63,587 bases of DNA, filler included, from Globobulimina sp. (GCA_003354225.1; 53 parts of 53 records of this genome joined end to end with filler, not necessarily neighbours in it), one strand, 5' to 3'. Shown: positions 1 through 12,049, numbered from the whole stretch's first letter. Numbers and translations are program-made. Notes: generated from the letters alone by a model not told the origin.

Positions 1-72
1 AATCGCATACTGTATCACCACACTCTTAGGATTTTTTGTGCTTTCTACAATCTAAAATCTAAAATTTCATTA

Positions 73-1102
73 TTGTTTTTGTTGTATGCCTTTCTTATTG
101 GTATTATCCAATGCGATGTATCAAAACTAAACGTATCAAATTCACGCGCCTACAATACATTAAATCAACCAGCTGATGCATCCAATGTATCACATAATGA
201 TCAGACAAAAAAGTTTGAAATCGGTACTATAGTCATCATTAAAGGACCTATGCATTCATCAAATATTGATTTATATAATAATGTAGCGGTTGTTGTGTCT
301 CTGGGTGCTTGTATGCGCTACGAGGCCGAGCACGACGTCAACAAAACGAGAATGGCGTTGTTTATAATGCACGACACTATTATTTGTATCAAAACGTTTA
401 ACTTTAAATGGTCAACAAATTCGTGTATACCGCCGCAACATAAATCATTGCTACCATTTGTGATAAAAAAAGAATATTTAGTTAAGCTTTCAACCAATGT
501 TGAAAACGTATTATTTGATCATTTCCAAAATCACAAAATACGAACACATTTAGCGATGTTAAATTTAAAACATTGGGGTACTGCATGCCAGACAGATCCC
601 AATCATATCACTACTGTCGTTATTTCTGTCGTTGGCGGCGATGCTTTTAGAAAGTTTGGATATGTCGGATTGCGATCACTTACAACGCAATATGAAAAAG
701 ACAACAATATACAACAAGACGATGTAACACAAATATTAGATTCAATTATACGAAAATATTCTAGCTTGAGAGAAAGAGATATGGTCAAATCGTTGCATTA
801 CAATGTTAGTCTGAATAAAGGGGATTTGGTGAAACTAAAAGTATTAAAAAAACAAAATGATACTGATTTGCAGCGGAGAGTTGATTGTATGAACAGTTAT
901 CCATTCGGAGTTATTATGGAACATTTATCAGATAAAAATAAGAGAAATCAAACTGAAATTTATGTTCAATCATTGTTTGATGAAAATGTTACACTCCGAA
1001 TAAGACCAAAGTATTTAGACAGAATTGCTAAGATTTATATTCATATTACATCCGATTATGATGTATCAATGCTTTATAATCTGATAAATAAATTATTGGC
1101 TG
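73..1102 (+). CDS. Uncharacterised protein (partial) with two possible SH3/KOW-like beta-barrel segments
   Basis: Long ORF open to the contig end. Segments FEIGTIVIIKG... and LNKGDLVKLKVL...FGVIMEH...LRIRPKYL resemble the small barrel often found next to MYND/TPR domains. Confidence 0.4.
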
Positions 1103-1202
1103 NNNNNNNNNNNNNNNNNNNNNNNNNNNNNNNNNNNNNNNNNNNNTTAATTAATTAANNNNNNNNNNNNNNNNNNNNNNNNNNNNNNNNNNNNNNNNNN
1201 NN
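1103..1202. other. Artificial contig linker (first of 52): N44-TTAATTAATTAA-N44
   Basis: The identical 100-nt spacer recurs every 1201-1202 nt. TTAATTAATTAA gives stops in all six frames. Contigs are 1102 bp (first 34) then 1101 bp, i.e. length-sorted. Confidence 0.99.
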
Positions 1203-1736
1203 GGCGAAACTATGTTCAACGACTTTGGAGACAGAGAACTCAACAGAGAAGTGGAAATGGCCTACATTTTTAATGGCCTCGATGATGATAATGTAGGTGA
1301 TGATGAAGTGGACCAGGATGTAGAATTTGACAGAATTAACCCATAATTCTCGGTTCATCCTGTCTTACTGTAGTTTATTTATTTTATTTGATTTCTTAAA
1401 ATTATTTATTAATATTTTAAAGAACTCTTGTTCATGTTGTTGTGTTCTTGTTTAGTAAAAGTGAATATTTTATCGGATGTGTTTGTATGCATTGATCAGA
1501 TTTCGTTTTCATCGAAATTCATACTTTCATGATTTGTTTATAACTGGTGGTTGTTCGACCAGCAACCTGGGTGTGGGTCAAACCTTCTTGAGACCAAAGC
1601 AGATTGACCGTTTTGTGGGGGGAGTCAAATAAATGGCCAAGCCGGCTAGGCAGGTGCTTATTGTCTCAAGCAGGTCGCCCATTTTCAGCTCGGTGAATGT
1701 TTAAGATTTAAGTCAGATTTACAGTACATTCTCAAC

Positions 1737-2277
1737 ATGTCTTTCAATGATCAACAACGGCCAGACAGTGGGTTGGGTGATGATCACAAAGTAGTAACAA
1801 GTGCGGATGAGACTAAATATGGCGATATTCGTCCTGACAGTGGTTTTGGTTTCGAAGAAACACTGAAAAAGTATGTTGGTTCCTTTTGTGCAGATGGTGC
1901 TGTCTTCTAGTTTTTCTGTGATACATATCTGCCTCGCACATTCATGCTGTCATTTATTTCTCTAACTTTTTCTTGCCTAAAATGGTCTTACACCATCTGA
2001 TTTGTGCAGTATGTATGTATACATCACAGAAAAGCCAAAATATTGTATTTTAAATTGTACTTTGCAGTGTTTCTCTGGATGACAGTCTTCTGGGAAAACA
2101 AAATGAAAGTGGATCGGACACGACTTTCTCTCCACTCATATACGAAGGGTCAGATGTGTCGGTGCCTGTCACGCCCGAGATGGATATGGCTCTCAAGTTG
2201 GACGCCGACCGACAAAACAGTTTATTGTTACATGTGAATGAAAAAGAACAGTCAATCGATATAGAAACTCCGAAAAG
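1737..2277 (+). CDS. 5' two exons of an unknown spliced gene (MSFNDQQRPDSGLG...), missing from the ORF track
   Basis: Exon 1737-1870, GTATGT...TTGCAG intron 1871-2067, exon 2068-2277 stays in frame, followed by a GTAATT donor. Confidence 0.55.
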
Positions 2278-2903
2278 GTAATTAAATTGTTATCTCCCAC
2301 CCTCNNNNNNNNNNNNNNNNNNNNNNNNNNNNNNNNNNNNNNNNNNNNTTAATTAATTAANNNNNNNNNNNNNNNNNNNNNNNNNNNNNNNNNNNNNNNN
2401 NNNNTAAGCGTTTTCTGCGTCACTCCAAACTCACACTCAATCCATTGAATGAATCCATGACTATTAATCAGATCTAGATTGATTCCACATTTTTATTCAT
2501 ATCAGTATCACTGTATATATGTACCATGGCATTGGTGTGATTTATTTTAGACCCTACTAGCACTAGCAGGCCACAGTTGTGAAGTTTTGGCGCTGGTCAA
2601 CACTTCTTTTTTTTTGAAACTTAAAAAACTTTTTGAAATCTTTCGAAAGCCTCGACCTCAAACCAATCTGTCTCAATCAAACGTTAGAAATCAGTTATCC
2701 CATCACATAGGAACTGAATCCGCTGAATCTCGCGCGACTTGACAAGAAATATCATGATTTATGCATTTAGAGTATGTATACACTGTCAGATTGTGTTTCT
2801 AATGATTTATTCAAATAAGATAGAAATCTTGGGCCTTACGCCTACAGAATTTAACACCCACGAGCATGGAAGACCATGCCGTAAAGTATTATAATATCGA
2901 CAA

Positions 2904-3506
2904 ATGGAAAGAGGCCATGCTTGGCCGCTTCTCATGATTGACGGTTTGGAAAACGGAGTTGACATAGGCATTCCGCCAGATAACGAGCCTAGTGTTCGCA
3001 TCAATGTGCGGAATCCGCCTGTCAAAGCTAGAACATGTGTCGGCATCTCAAAAACTATTTTTAAATGGTATACCCGCCGACAGATACTAGGTCCGTTCCC
3101 GAAAAGTCGTGGGAAAGTAATGGGGCTTCGCCTCAATGCTATCCACGGGGTGCCAAAACCCCATGGTGCCACAAGGCCGGTAATCAATAACTCCGACCCC
3201 AAATCTCGCTATCACGAGTCCACCAATGGACACATAATCGAAGCGCTAAAAACCGTCCAATATGTCGGCTTACGCTCGATTGTCGCGACAACAGATAGAG
3301 AAGGTCCCAGTGCTGAGATGTGGTCACGCGATTTGGAAGATGGATATTTTAATTGTTCAGTACGTTGGCAACAGTGTCGGTTTCTCGCGTTCGAGTGGGC
3401 GGACAGATTGTGGGTGCCCGTGGTTATTTGGGCCTTCAAGCGTGCCGCGACAGTCGGCATATCGTTTGACTACATCTTAAAGCCCGCAAATGCCAATGAT
3501 CCTTTC
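2904..3506 (+). mobile_element. Degenerate DIRS/Ngaro-type (tyrosine-recombinase retrotransposon) reverse transcriptase fragment
   Basis: Motifs ILGPF, IHGVPKPHGATRPVINNSDP, STNGHI, VQY, WSRDLEDGY, FLAFEW. The expected LPFGLxSxP motif appears as LFGPSSVPR in another frame (frameshift near 3422). Confidence 0.8.
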
Positions 3507-3828
3507 NNNNNNNNNNNNNNNNNNNNNNNNNNNNNNNNNNNNNNNNNNNNTTAATTAATTAANNNNNNNNNNNNNNNNNNNNNNNNNNNNNNNNNNNNNN
3601 NNNNNNACAGAATATTGTATAAATCATTAGGTATAACATAAATATCACAGTTCAAATAAGTCGCATTCGGTATAAAAGTATTCAAAAAAATAAATTGATA
3701 CTTGTTATGTTCGAATGTGACTTATTTTTGTTGTGATATGGAGGGAAATATATATATTTTGTTTTTTTTAAGGTGGCAGTGAGAGTAATAATTATTATTC
3801 GTTCTGGCAAACAAAATATAAATCTCGC

Positions 3829-4494
3829 ATGAAATGCTATGGCAGTGACCATCGACCATGTTATTCATTGTTCAGATTTGTGCCACTTTGTCTACCGCGG
3901 CATAGGAAGAAACGCAAAAAATTTGAGAATATTCAAATTGGTTTCTATGAAATTCGGTGTTATTTGAACGAGTCTGGGTCGGTGGTGACAGACTTTGAGG
4001 ACAAAATCAATCTGAATTTATATTATAATTACTCCCATAATAACAATCGCGGCGATGTGGCACATAAATTAGTCGGAGGTTATTATTGCCGCAATGAAGA
4101 ATGTTGGATTTGGAATTTGAGTGTTTTAGATTCAATCAAAATAGTTCCATTCATATTAAATCCGCAATTTATATGTTGTACTTATGTTTATATTCAAATT
4201 ATAAATGCTTCGAAATATAATTCTATTGTCGGCTATGCGAATATTTCATTGTTTAACGTATTCCCAAACAGCTTGGTCGACACCGCCAAAATAAAAAAGA
4301 AATATTCAAAGAATAATAAAAACCACACAATCAATAATGACAATTGTGCCAAATCAGATAATAATAATAAAGAATTTAATTCGGCCATCACTATGCATGC
4401 CACATTTATTGGTCATATGACCGGATTTATTCATGCTCAAAGTCAGTTAGTTGAGAAACATAGGAAAATATCTACCAAACAAAAATATAAATAA
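3829..4494 (+). CDS. Hypothetical protein, last exon
   Basis: 221-aa ORF with an Asn-rich tail, followed by an AT-rich 3' region. No family recognised. Confidence 0.45.
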   Translation: MKCYGSDHRPCYSLFRFVPLCLPRHRKKRKKFENIQIGFYEIRCYLNESGSVVTDFEDKINLNLYYNYSHNNNRGDVAHKLVGGYYCRNEECWIWNLSVLDSIKIVPFILNPQFICCTYVYIQIINASKYNSIVGYANISLFNVFPNSLVDTAKIKKKYSKNNKNHTINNDNCAKSDNNNKEFNSAITMHATFIGHMTGFIHAQSQLVEKHRKISTKQKYK

Positions 4495-5348
4495 TTATTT
4501 TTTCTTTCCTTTTTTTTTGATTTTATTCTTAGCTTCGAATTCGTAAATTAATTAATTAATGTTTGATGTTATAAAAAAAATAGTGTAGTTTTTTGTGTTG
4601 ATTTGGGTTTTCGTTTTTTTCCATATATTTTTTTCATTATCTTTCGAAATTCAACCATTGTCACTCAGTAAACACTATTTTGTTCTGATATATATATATA
4701 TATAATGCNNNNNNNNNNNNNNNNNNNNNNNNNNNNNNNNNNNNNNNNNNNNTTAATTAATTAANNNNNNNNNNNNNNNNNNNNNNNNNNNNNNNNNNNN
4801 NNNNNNNNAAAAAAAACAAAAAAAAAAAAAAGAAAAAAAATAGTAAAAAAGACCACAAAAAACAAAAGAATAATTAAAAAAAAAATAACAAAAAAAAACC
4901 CAAAAAGAAAAAAATGCATAACAGACAACCATCATTATCGCAATCATCAACAACACAAATCTCAGAAACTGATCTGGAACAAACATACACCATAACAATG
5001 ACAACGCCAGTCCTATTGATTGAGGATGACAGCGGTAACTTATCTGACTATTTTAATATTGCTGCATTGGATCCTGCACAAATATTAAATCCTCAGCAGC
5101 CTTTAAACCCACTCGTAGAGCATCAAGATGTATACCAACATACATATATGCTAGATAATGACAGCAACATTTCGCACAATACCCATTTGAGCAACAGCGA
5201 CTCAGCCGGCTCTGTTTGCTCAATCATTGCATTAACAGGTTTTTTTACATCACTCTGTACATGTTACATATATACGTCTTTATATATACAAATTGCGGCA
5301 AATATTCGCGTACATGTTATATGTTACATGTATACAAATATTATATAG

Positions 5349-5910
5349 CACAAGCTCCAAAAATGACATATAACATTCGTAACATGCGAGCATGGAATAC
5401 TATCCGCGATATGAAGCTGGCGTTACCTATGGATGTTGAGTCAGGACAATGCAAAATATTCTATGGTGGGAAGGAACTGGATGATAATGATACGTTGACA
5501 CGACGAAATATTACGGATCAATCTAAAGTAAAACTATTGCTCAGTTGGAGAAATTTTAAGCCAGATCCAGATGCAATGAGTCCACAAAATGTAGAACATG
5601 AACATATGAATGCATTGATTGAAATTAAAAAAATTAATGATTTTGGCTATTTTAGTGAGTTTATTAGTAAAATATTGAAACAAATATACAGTATTGAACT
5701 GGGAGAGAGTGTGCAACGGATGTTACATTCATATTGTTTGTGTTTAAGTGGAGATAGGACATATGAGAGGAAATGGACAGAGTTACATACGATTTGTTAT
5801 GATTATCAAGGCGATGTTGGTGATGTTGAACGGATATTAAAGAAAGGTAATTTATATATTGATGCCTGGACTCATTCTGGATATGACACTCCTTTGCGAT
5901 TAGCCATATC
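5349..5910 (+). CDS. Ubiquitin-like domain plus start of ankyrin repeats (partial, spliced)
   Basis: TIRDMK...KIFYGGKELDDNDTLTRRNITDQSKVKLLL is a ubiquitin-fold signature. WTELHTIC...GYDTPLRLAI are ankyrin-type motifs. The upstream exon structure is uncertain. Confidence 0.7.
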
Positions 5911-6010
5911 NNNNNNNNNNNNNNNNNNNNNNNNNNNNNNNNNNNNNNNNNNNNTTAATTAATTAANNNNNNNNNNNNNNNNNNNNNNNNNNNNNNNNNN
6001 NNNNNNNNNN

Positions 6011-6265
6011 ATCGACGTGGGATTGCATCGAATGGACTAAGTTTTGCGATTCGTTGACAGTGGATTAGGTTTGTAAAAAAATGGATAGATTATCGACTGT
6101 TACGTCTTCTAATTCGGTGTCTAATCTCTTCTTTTCTGCAAATAAATATTGTGGCTCTTTTTCTAGTCTTTGTAGGCTGTATGTCGTTAATTCCATGACA
6201 TAGTCTCGATCTGTGTTGCTTAGTGATGCGTTGAAGATGTATTTCTCTGCTTCTTCTTGTTCCAT
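6011..6265 (-). CDS. COG8: Conserved oligomeric Golgi complex subunit 8 (Dor1) N-terminus
   Basis: YVMELTTYSLQRLEKEPQYLFAEKKRLDTELEDVTVDNLSIF matches the COG8 N-terminal pattern. ATG at 6265; in-frame TAA at 6065-6067. Confidence 0.7.
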
Positions 6266-6361
6266 TATCACTTCACTTCAGTCATCAACAACTTTAACAT
6301 CAAAAACCTTTTTCATCAGCGCGTGATCATCCTTACACCAATTAACTGCAACAGCACCAAA

Positions 6362-7112
6362 ATGCCTCGCAAGAAGAGCAAGAAATTACGCGTATTAGAA
6401 GAAAAATTAAAAATAGTAAAAAAAGAGCTAACACGTCGTAAGAAAGCACAAAATGTGTCGTCACCGTCGAAAAGTAAACGCGGCCGCAAGTCAACGAAAT
6501 CAGTCTTTGAAGAATGTGTCGCATTGCTAGAAAAAGTGAAAAAAATGCAATATTCCAAAGCATTTTTACAAGCCGTGGACTGGAAAGCATTGAACATTCC
6601 AACTTATCCCAAAATAATTAAACATCCAATGGACTTAAAAACTGTTGAGAGCAAAATAAACAATGCGTCCTATCACACTCCTTATCACTTTGCCAGTTAA
6701 CAACGCACATTCGCAACACCACAAAACCTGGAAATAAAAATGTCAAAATAATAAAACCCACTCACACAGGAGATATGCGATTAATTTACCAAAATGCCAC
6801 AACATTCAACAAACCAAACACGCCATATTTCATAGCCGCGACCAAATTCGGCAAGAAATTCGAGGAAGAATTTGAACGCAGAATCGTAGAGCTTCACGAA
6901 AACAATGAGTTTACGCGTAAAATATCCAAAGTGATCACCTCTTTGATCCGTCGCGATGACAGCATTCCATTTCGTGCGCCGGTAAACCCGCAGGTTTTAG
7001 AGATCCCGGATTACTTAGATATGATTGAAACGCCTATGGATTTAGGCACCATCTTAAATAAAATCAACTATTATACGCAGTTCAAGCACTTCGTACACGA
7101 TTTATTCTTAGT
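6362..7112 (+). CDS. Tandem bromodomain protein (BET/GTE-like), 5' part
   Basis: BD1: FLQAVDWKALNIPTYPKIIKHPMDLKTV...RDMRLIYQNATTFN, joined by GT-AG intron 6696-6769. BD2: PFRAPVNPQVLEIPDYLDMIETPMDLGTI. Confidence 0.92.
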
Positions 7113-8414
7113 NNNNNNNNNNNNNNNNNNNNNNNNNNNNNNNNNNNNNNNNNNNNTTAATTAATTAANNNNNNNNNNNNNNNNNNNNNNNNNNNNNNNN
7201 NNNNNNNNNNNNACAGTACATACACAGTTGTTCCGTACATAAGGAAAAGAAATAAATTGACTTACTTTAATAACAAAAATAAAGTTGAATCGCAATCAAA
7301 AGAAAGTAAAAGCATATAGTTCTGAAATAAATAATAGTAGCCAAAGAGTGAGAAAGAGAAGCAATAACTCAGCCGACAAATCGACAGGTCTAAATGCCTC
7401 TCTAACTATTACTGACTATCTGGCAGTACAGTTCTTTGAGTCAGAATTGACGCTTGGCAGTTGAACTTGAGTGTTCTAGCATGAAGGGGACACCATGTCG
7501 CTGAGGTTGATGGGAGAGTAAAGTAAAGTATAGAAAGTGGGGAAAAGTTGGGAAAGTACAGTGTATCAGAAGGTTAGAGTAAAGTAAAGTTATACAACCC
7601 CAACGTAGACTGCCATCGATTAGTAAGTTTTATTTACAAGGGCATAATAATATGAAGTATAAATGGGGGAGTTCACTAAAGAGTATCGACAGCAGTAAAG
7701 AATGAGAGAACAGACTGACAGGAGATATTTGGGCGAAAGTATTATGAACTGGGAAAGGGGTGACAGCCCAGCAATCTCGTGTCAGTATTACAAATAAATG
7801 CATAATACACATTAAGTAAATAGGAACATAAGTAAAGTACATAAAAGTGAGTAAATGCACAGTATAGTTGATTGTACATATGAAAGTAAGTAAAGTAAAG
7901 ATAAATACATATAAAAGTATGTATGTTATCTCGCGGCCCTCCGCGACACTCCCGACGAAAAGAAAGTGACGAAAGTGGCTTAGGACACGAGAAAACATAA
8001 GTTTACACAAGAAACAAAAAATACAAGAGTAAATAAAAGTATCAAACATAGTTAGTTCATATCTTTGGCTTGTTTCAGAGTATTTGTACACCATCTTGAC
8101 AACAGTTTGGAAGTTAAGTGATCTAAAAAACATGTGTACATTAGAATTGATAACATACAAAGTACATAAGGGAGTTACTATAAGTTTGAACCAAAATTTC
8201 AAATAGAAAAGTAAAATAAATCCTAACAAAAGTAAAAATAACTTATCTAAAAAGTAATCCATTGAGTGTTTCCAATCATCTGGAGGCTTCCTTGGTGGTC
8301 GGAAGTCCATTGAANNNNNNNNNNNNNNNNNNNNNNNNNNNNNNNNNNNNNNNNNNNNTTAATTAATTAANNNNNNNNNNNNNNNNNNNNNNNNNNNNNN
8401 NNNNNNNNNNNNNN

Positions 8415-9161
8415 CATCTGGGACATGTCTGGCAACGGAGCAGCAAACTCGATCTGTTGTATTATTGGGACTGTATTACACTCGCTGTTGCAACGCAAAT
8501 GGAGAAATCAACGGTATTCAAGCGAGAAAATATGCATTGAAAGCTATTAAACATCAAAATGAACATTTGGCGACAAGCAAATTTGGAGTTGCATATGGAG
8601 TGCTGCGAGTTGCAAATAAATCATTAGCGAAGTTTAAAGAATGTAAAGCATGCTTTGCAATGCAAAGCAAATTGTTGATTCAGTATAATTTGATCCAAAC
8701 CACTTTAAAAGTACACAAAGCAGAGCATACGGCGCGTGTCAAAGTTTTGGATCAATTGGATCGGCAGTTTAAACCGACAAAAATGAATGTACTGCGATGG
8801 AAGAATGTTCAGTATGGCATGTTTTGAGCAGAATAAACGCGTTTCTTATACAGATATTGGACAAAATACAATAAATCATTGGATTATGTATGTTAAAAAT
8901 GAGAGATATTTTCAGATATTACAAAATATTGTAGGTTTAAAAGAATGTAACTTTATGAAATGCAAACGGAAAGATACTAAATTACATAAATGTAAACGAT
9001 GTGTCTCTGTTTATTACTGTTCAAGAAAGCATCAGAAAAAAGATTGGAATTCAAACCATAGGCATCAATGTACAAAATTAACATCAAGAGACTACTCATT
9101 CACCATACAAGCTTTCTTTTTAACTTTTGAAAATCTTCGTGTTTTTAATTTTATGCAATAA
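8415..9161 (+). CDS. zf-MYND domain protein, C-terminal part, with an apparent 1-nt frameshift
   Basis: CNFMKC...CKRCVSVYYCSRKHQKKDWNSNHRHQC is a MYND finger. ORFs 8465-8827 and 8787-9161 join if one T is removed from the T-run at 8822-8825. Confidence 0.8.
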
Positions 9162-9616
9162 ATTAGCAATCACTGCTACATCAAACAAAACGAGTTTGAA
9201 AATAATTCATGGGAATCTCTTTAATAATATTAACCTTTGGAGTGTTTCTAAAAAATGTAACAAATAATACATAAATAATACATAAAAAATATTTAAAATT
9301 TATAATAATAATAAGTTGTCTAATTTAATTTGATTTCATTGGAAAATCACACGCATTCCCATTTGGAACGGCAGAGAAACTCTCATAAACACCGCTAAAA
9401 CTACCCTTTGCCAAATGTAAATCTTGAGATGCACCACCTTTAACTAATAATTTATCAATCACATTATTTCCATTTGTATTATTTCTTTTGGTTTCTGTCA
9501 TATTTAATAACTCCGCNNNNNNNNNNNNNNNNNNNNNNNNNNNNNNNNNNNNNNNNNNNNTTAATTAATTAANNNNNNNNNNNNNNNNNNNNNNNNNNNN
9601 NNNNNNNNNNNNNNNN

Positions 9617-9850
9617 TTGATGAATTCATGATTTATCCAGAAACTAATTCATTCATACCAGTTGGTGATACATTTACCTATACAGTCACGTTGAAAAATA
9701 ACAGTACGACAACGACTGCAAACAATGTTGAGGTGGTAGAGAACTTCCCTGGTAATATCGATGTGCTTCAGGTAACGCCTATCAGTACTCATACAACCAC
9801 TCAGTGGATTCCAAATACGGCTGGAACGGGTGGTCAATGGCGAGTACCAT
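9617..9850 (+). CDS. DUF11-like (prokaryotic conserved-repeat, Ig-like) domain fragment
   Basis: VGDTFTYTVTLKNNSTTTTANNVEVVENFPGNIDVL...GQWRV matches the DUF11 consensus. Similarity stops near 9850. Confidence 0.65.
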
Positions 9851-10422
9851 ATTGCCGCATTATTCCCGCGCTCCCAATCGCAATCTGCTGCGTCGGAGAT
9901 CGATATAAAAAACCATGCCGTATCGCTATCGCATGTTTCTGCTGACCCCCAAACTGCAAAATTCCTCCAAACCCACCACGACTGTATACCCACAGGTTGT
10001 GTGTCTGTGGATGGTGTTAAATCACTCCATGGTGATGATTCTATATTTTCTAATGCTAACCACGTTAACCATGTATATGATGCGTCGAATGCAAATGTAA
10101 TGTTTTTTTGCACTTCATTAGTTCTGCAGAATGATAGTCGGACCTTTTGCACTGTGATAATACCCCCATAGGCCCAATCGTGTATGAGTAGGGATTTGAA
10201 ATTAGTTGCTTCAGCAGTTAATAATGTACCGCTTGTTGCGATATAGGACTCCTCCGCAGACATCGTGGTATATGTGGTTCCTATTTGGGAATACCAATCA
10301 TACGCAGATCCTGCAGTGGGGAATTGTACGTTTTGGTTTATTTTTAAAACTCTTCTCCATTCAAATGCATATGTCGTGTGTAATATAGCTAATGTCGTGA
10401 TAAGTGAAGACAAAGACGACAT
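9649..10422 (-). CDS. Secreted Trp/Cys-containing extracellular protein
   Basis: N-terminal signal peptide (MSSLSSLITTLAILHTTYA). Motifs AYDWY, NFKS...W, IESSPWSDL, CDSDTAWF, CDWE, IWYS resemble an uncharacterised extracellular domain of marine eukaryotes. Confidence 0.65.
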   Translation of the reverse strand: MSSLSSLITTLAILHTTYAFEWRRVLKINQNVQFPTAGSAYDWYSQIGTTYTTMSAEESYIATSGTLLTAEATNFKSLLIHDWAYGGIITVQKVRLSFCRTNEVQKNITFAFDASYTWLTWLALENIESSPWSDLTPSTDTQPVGIQSWWVWRNFAVWGSAETCDSDTAWFFISISDAADCDWERGNNAAIWYSPLTTRSSRIWNPLSGCMSTDRRYLKHIDITREVLYHLNIVCSRCRTVIFQRDCIGKCITNWYE

Positions 10423-10818
10423 GTTTCATTTATCTTAAAGGGTAGGAAACTTCGACTGTTTTGATCCTATTTCTTTGCATATTATCACAGTTACACCATA
10501 CACCTGAATCTATTGGTGACACAGTTACACCATAAAACAACAAAAATTAAAACAAAGCAAACAAACAATTACAATCACAAACATTCAAAAAGTAATAAAT
10601 CTTGTCTCCATCCCACATTATCATTTGTTTGTTGTATTGATATTTTTATTTTTTGATATTTAATATTTAATGATGATGAAATTGATGAATATACATAAAA
10701 TAACCAACTTCGTCTATCNNNNNNNNNNNNNNNNNNNNNNNNNNNNNNNNNNNNNNNNNNNNTTAATTAATTAANNNNNNNNNNNNNNNNNNNNNNNNNN
10801 NNNNNNNNNNNNNNNNNN

Positions 10819-11920
10819 AAATAATTGTGATATTTGTGATTGACCAGCACAATTACTCAATGCGAGACCACTAATTTTCTTTTGTTTGATTACTTTTACC
10901 ATATAACGTGTTTGAACCATGCTTTTGTCCTCGATTTCCTTTTGCATGGACTTGATCCAATTTATAACAGTATTTGTATCCCATTTGGATACATGAGCTG
11001 GATTGACAGGCACATTTGGAACAGGCACACCTTTTTGCTGAGAAGATGCTTGTTGAGAATTACTGATACTTTTTGGACGACTTTCAATCCATTTGGCCCA
11101 TTCTGATTTTCTATCCTGTTTTGCCTGTATTTGTGCTTTGGTGAGAGGTTTTACTTTACGCAATGCACGAAATAAGTTTGCCGCAGTCACTTGATCAATT
11201 TGTAAACCTGTCGCTATCTCTTCGACACTTTCAAAACCTGCAAACTCAATTCCTGTCATTTGATCTCGTCCCATTGCTGCAATCACTTCTTTTTCTTTTT
11301 GTAAATCCAATGATTTAACCCATTCTTTATACAGAAAAAAAAACTTACTTCGAAAACAAGTTGTGTGAAGAAGGTAATGTCACACCTTGTAAATCTCGAC
11401 AAGTCCAATGCGTGACTTTCTTCGCTCTATATTGTGTAGGATAGCCAGATGATTGTTGTTGCGAACTTTGTGGTTTATGTGTATTATTTTGGTGGTTTAT
11501 CACAACATTAAATTCTGTCCATAATTTCTTGCAAAATGCTTCACTCACTCCATTATGACTATAGGTGTCATAAATTCTTTCACCACAGCCATATTTCATC
11601 AATAACTTGCCACTAATTTCATTTTTAAACACAATCTTCTTCATAGTTGCTTTATGTTTTTTTATTGCCTCATTATATTTTGAATCAGCATTGAATTGGA
11701 TCGCTTCAATCCAATCCTGCACATCTTCTGCAGACCATGTTGTCACTAATTTATTTGCAAATGGTGGAATAAATACTGTTTTACCAGAAGGTGGTACACT
11801 TTTATTTTTGACAAAAGCCGGCTCATTATCAGCTGCTTCAAATGTGTTTCCCGATGATTGATTTTTCATTAATGGTGCTGCTGCTTTTATGGGTGGGATA
11901 TTGGCAGGTTTTACTTTTGT
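10819..11920 (-). CDS. Protein with three SAM-like domains (partial)
   Basis: Repeats WSAEDVQDWI...EISGKLL, WTCRDLQEWVKS...MTG and WDTNTVINWIKS...ISGLAL. Intron 11325-11385 joins the two ORFs in frame. Confidence 0.7.
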
Positions 11921-12020
11921 NNNNNNNNNNNNNNNNNNNNNNNNNNNNNNNNNNNNNNNNNNNNTTAATTAATTAANNNNNNNNNNNNNNNNNNNNNNNN
12001 NNNNNNNNNNNNNNNNNNNN

Positions 12021-12049
12021 CAATACTCTGCCAATTGAGCTAGGTGCTT
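12021..12049 (-). tRNA. 5' fragment of a tRNA or tRNA-derived repeat, truncated by the contig end
   Basis: Minus strand reads AAGCACC-TA-GCTC-AATTGGCA-GAGT-ATTG: acceptor half, A-box and D-arm. The anticodon is not present. Confidence 0.5.

Noticed and set aside
2904..3506. Retron, DGR or defence-associated RT
   Set aside because: The motifs fit DIRS-type eukaryotic RT, the copy is frameshifted, and no ncRNA or template/variable repeat pair is visible.
7630..8310. 226-aa hydrophobic ORF as a membrane protein
   Set aside because: The hydrophobicity follows from the T-rich strand of AGTAA-like low-complexity sequence. No family recognised; it may be part of a repeat element.
8822..8827. Programmed frameshift in the MYND gene
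   Set aside because: A single-base indel in a short T-run with no clear stimulatory structure; an error or pseudogenisation is more likely.
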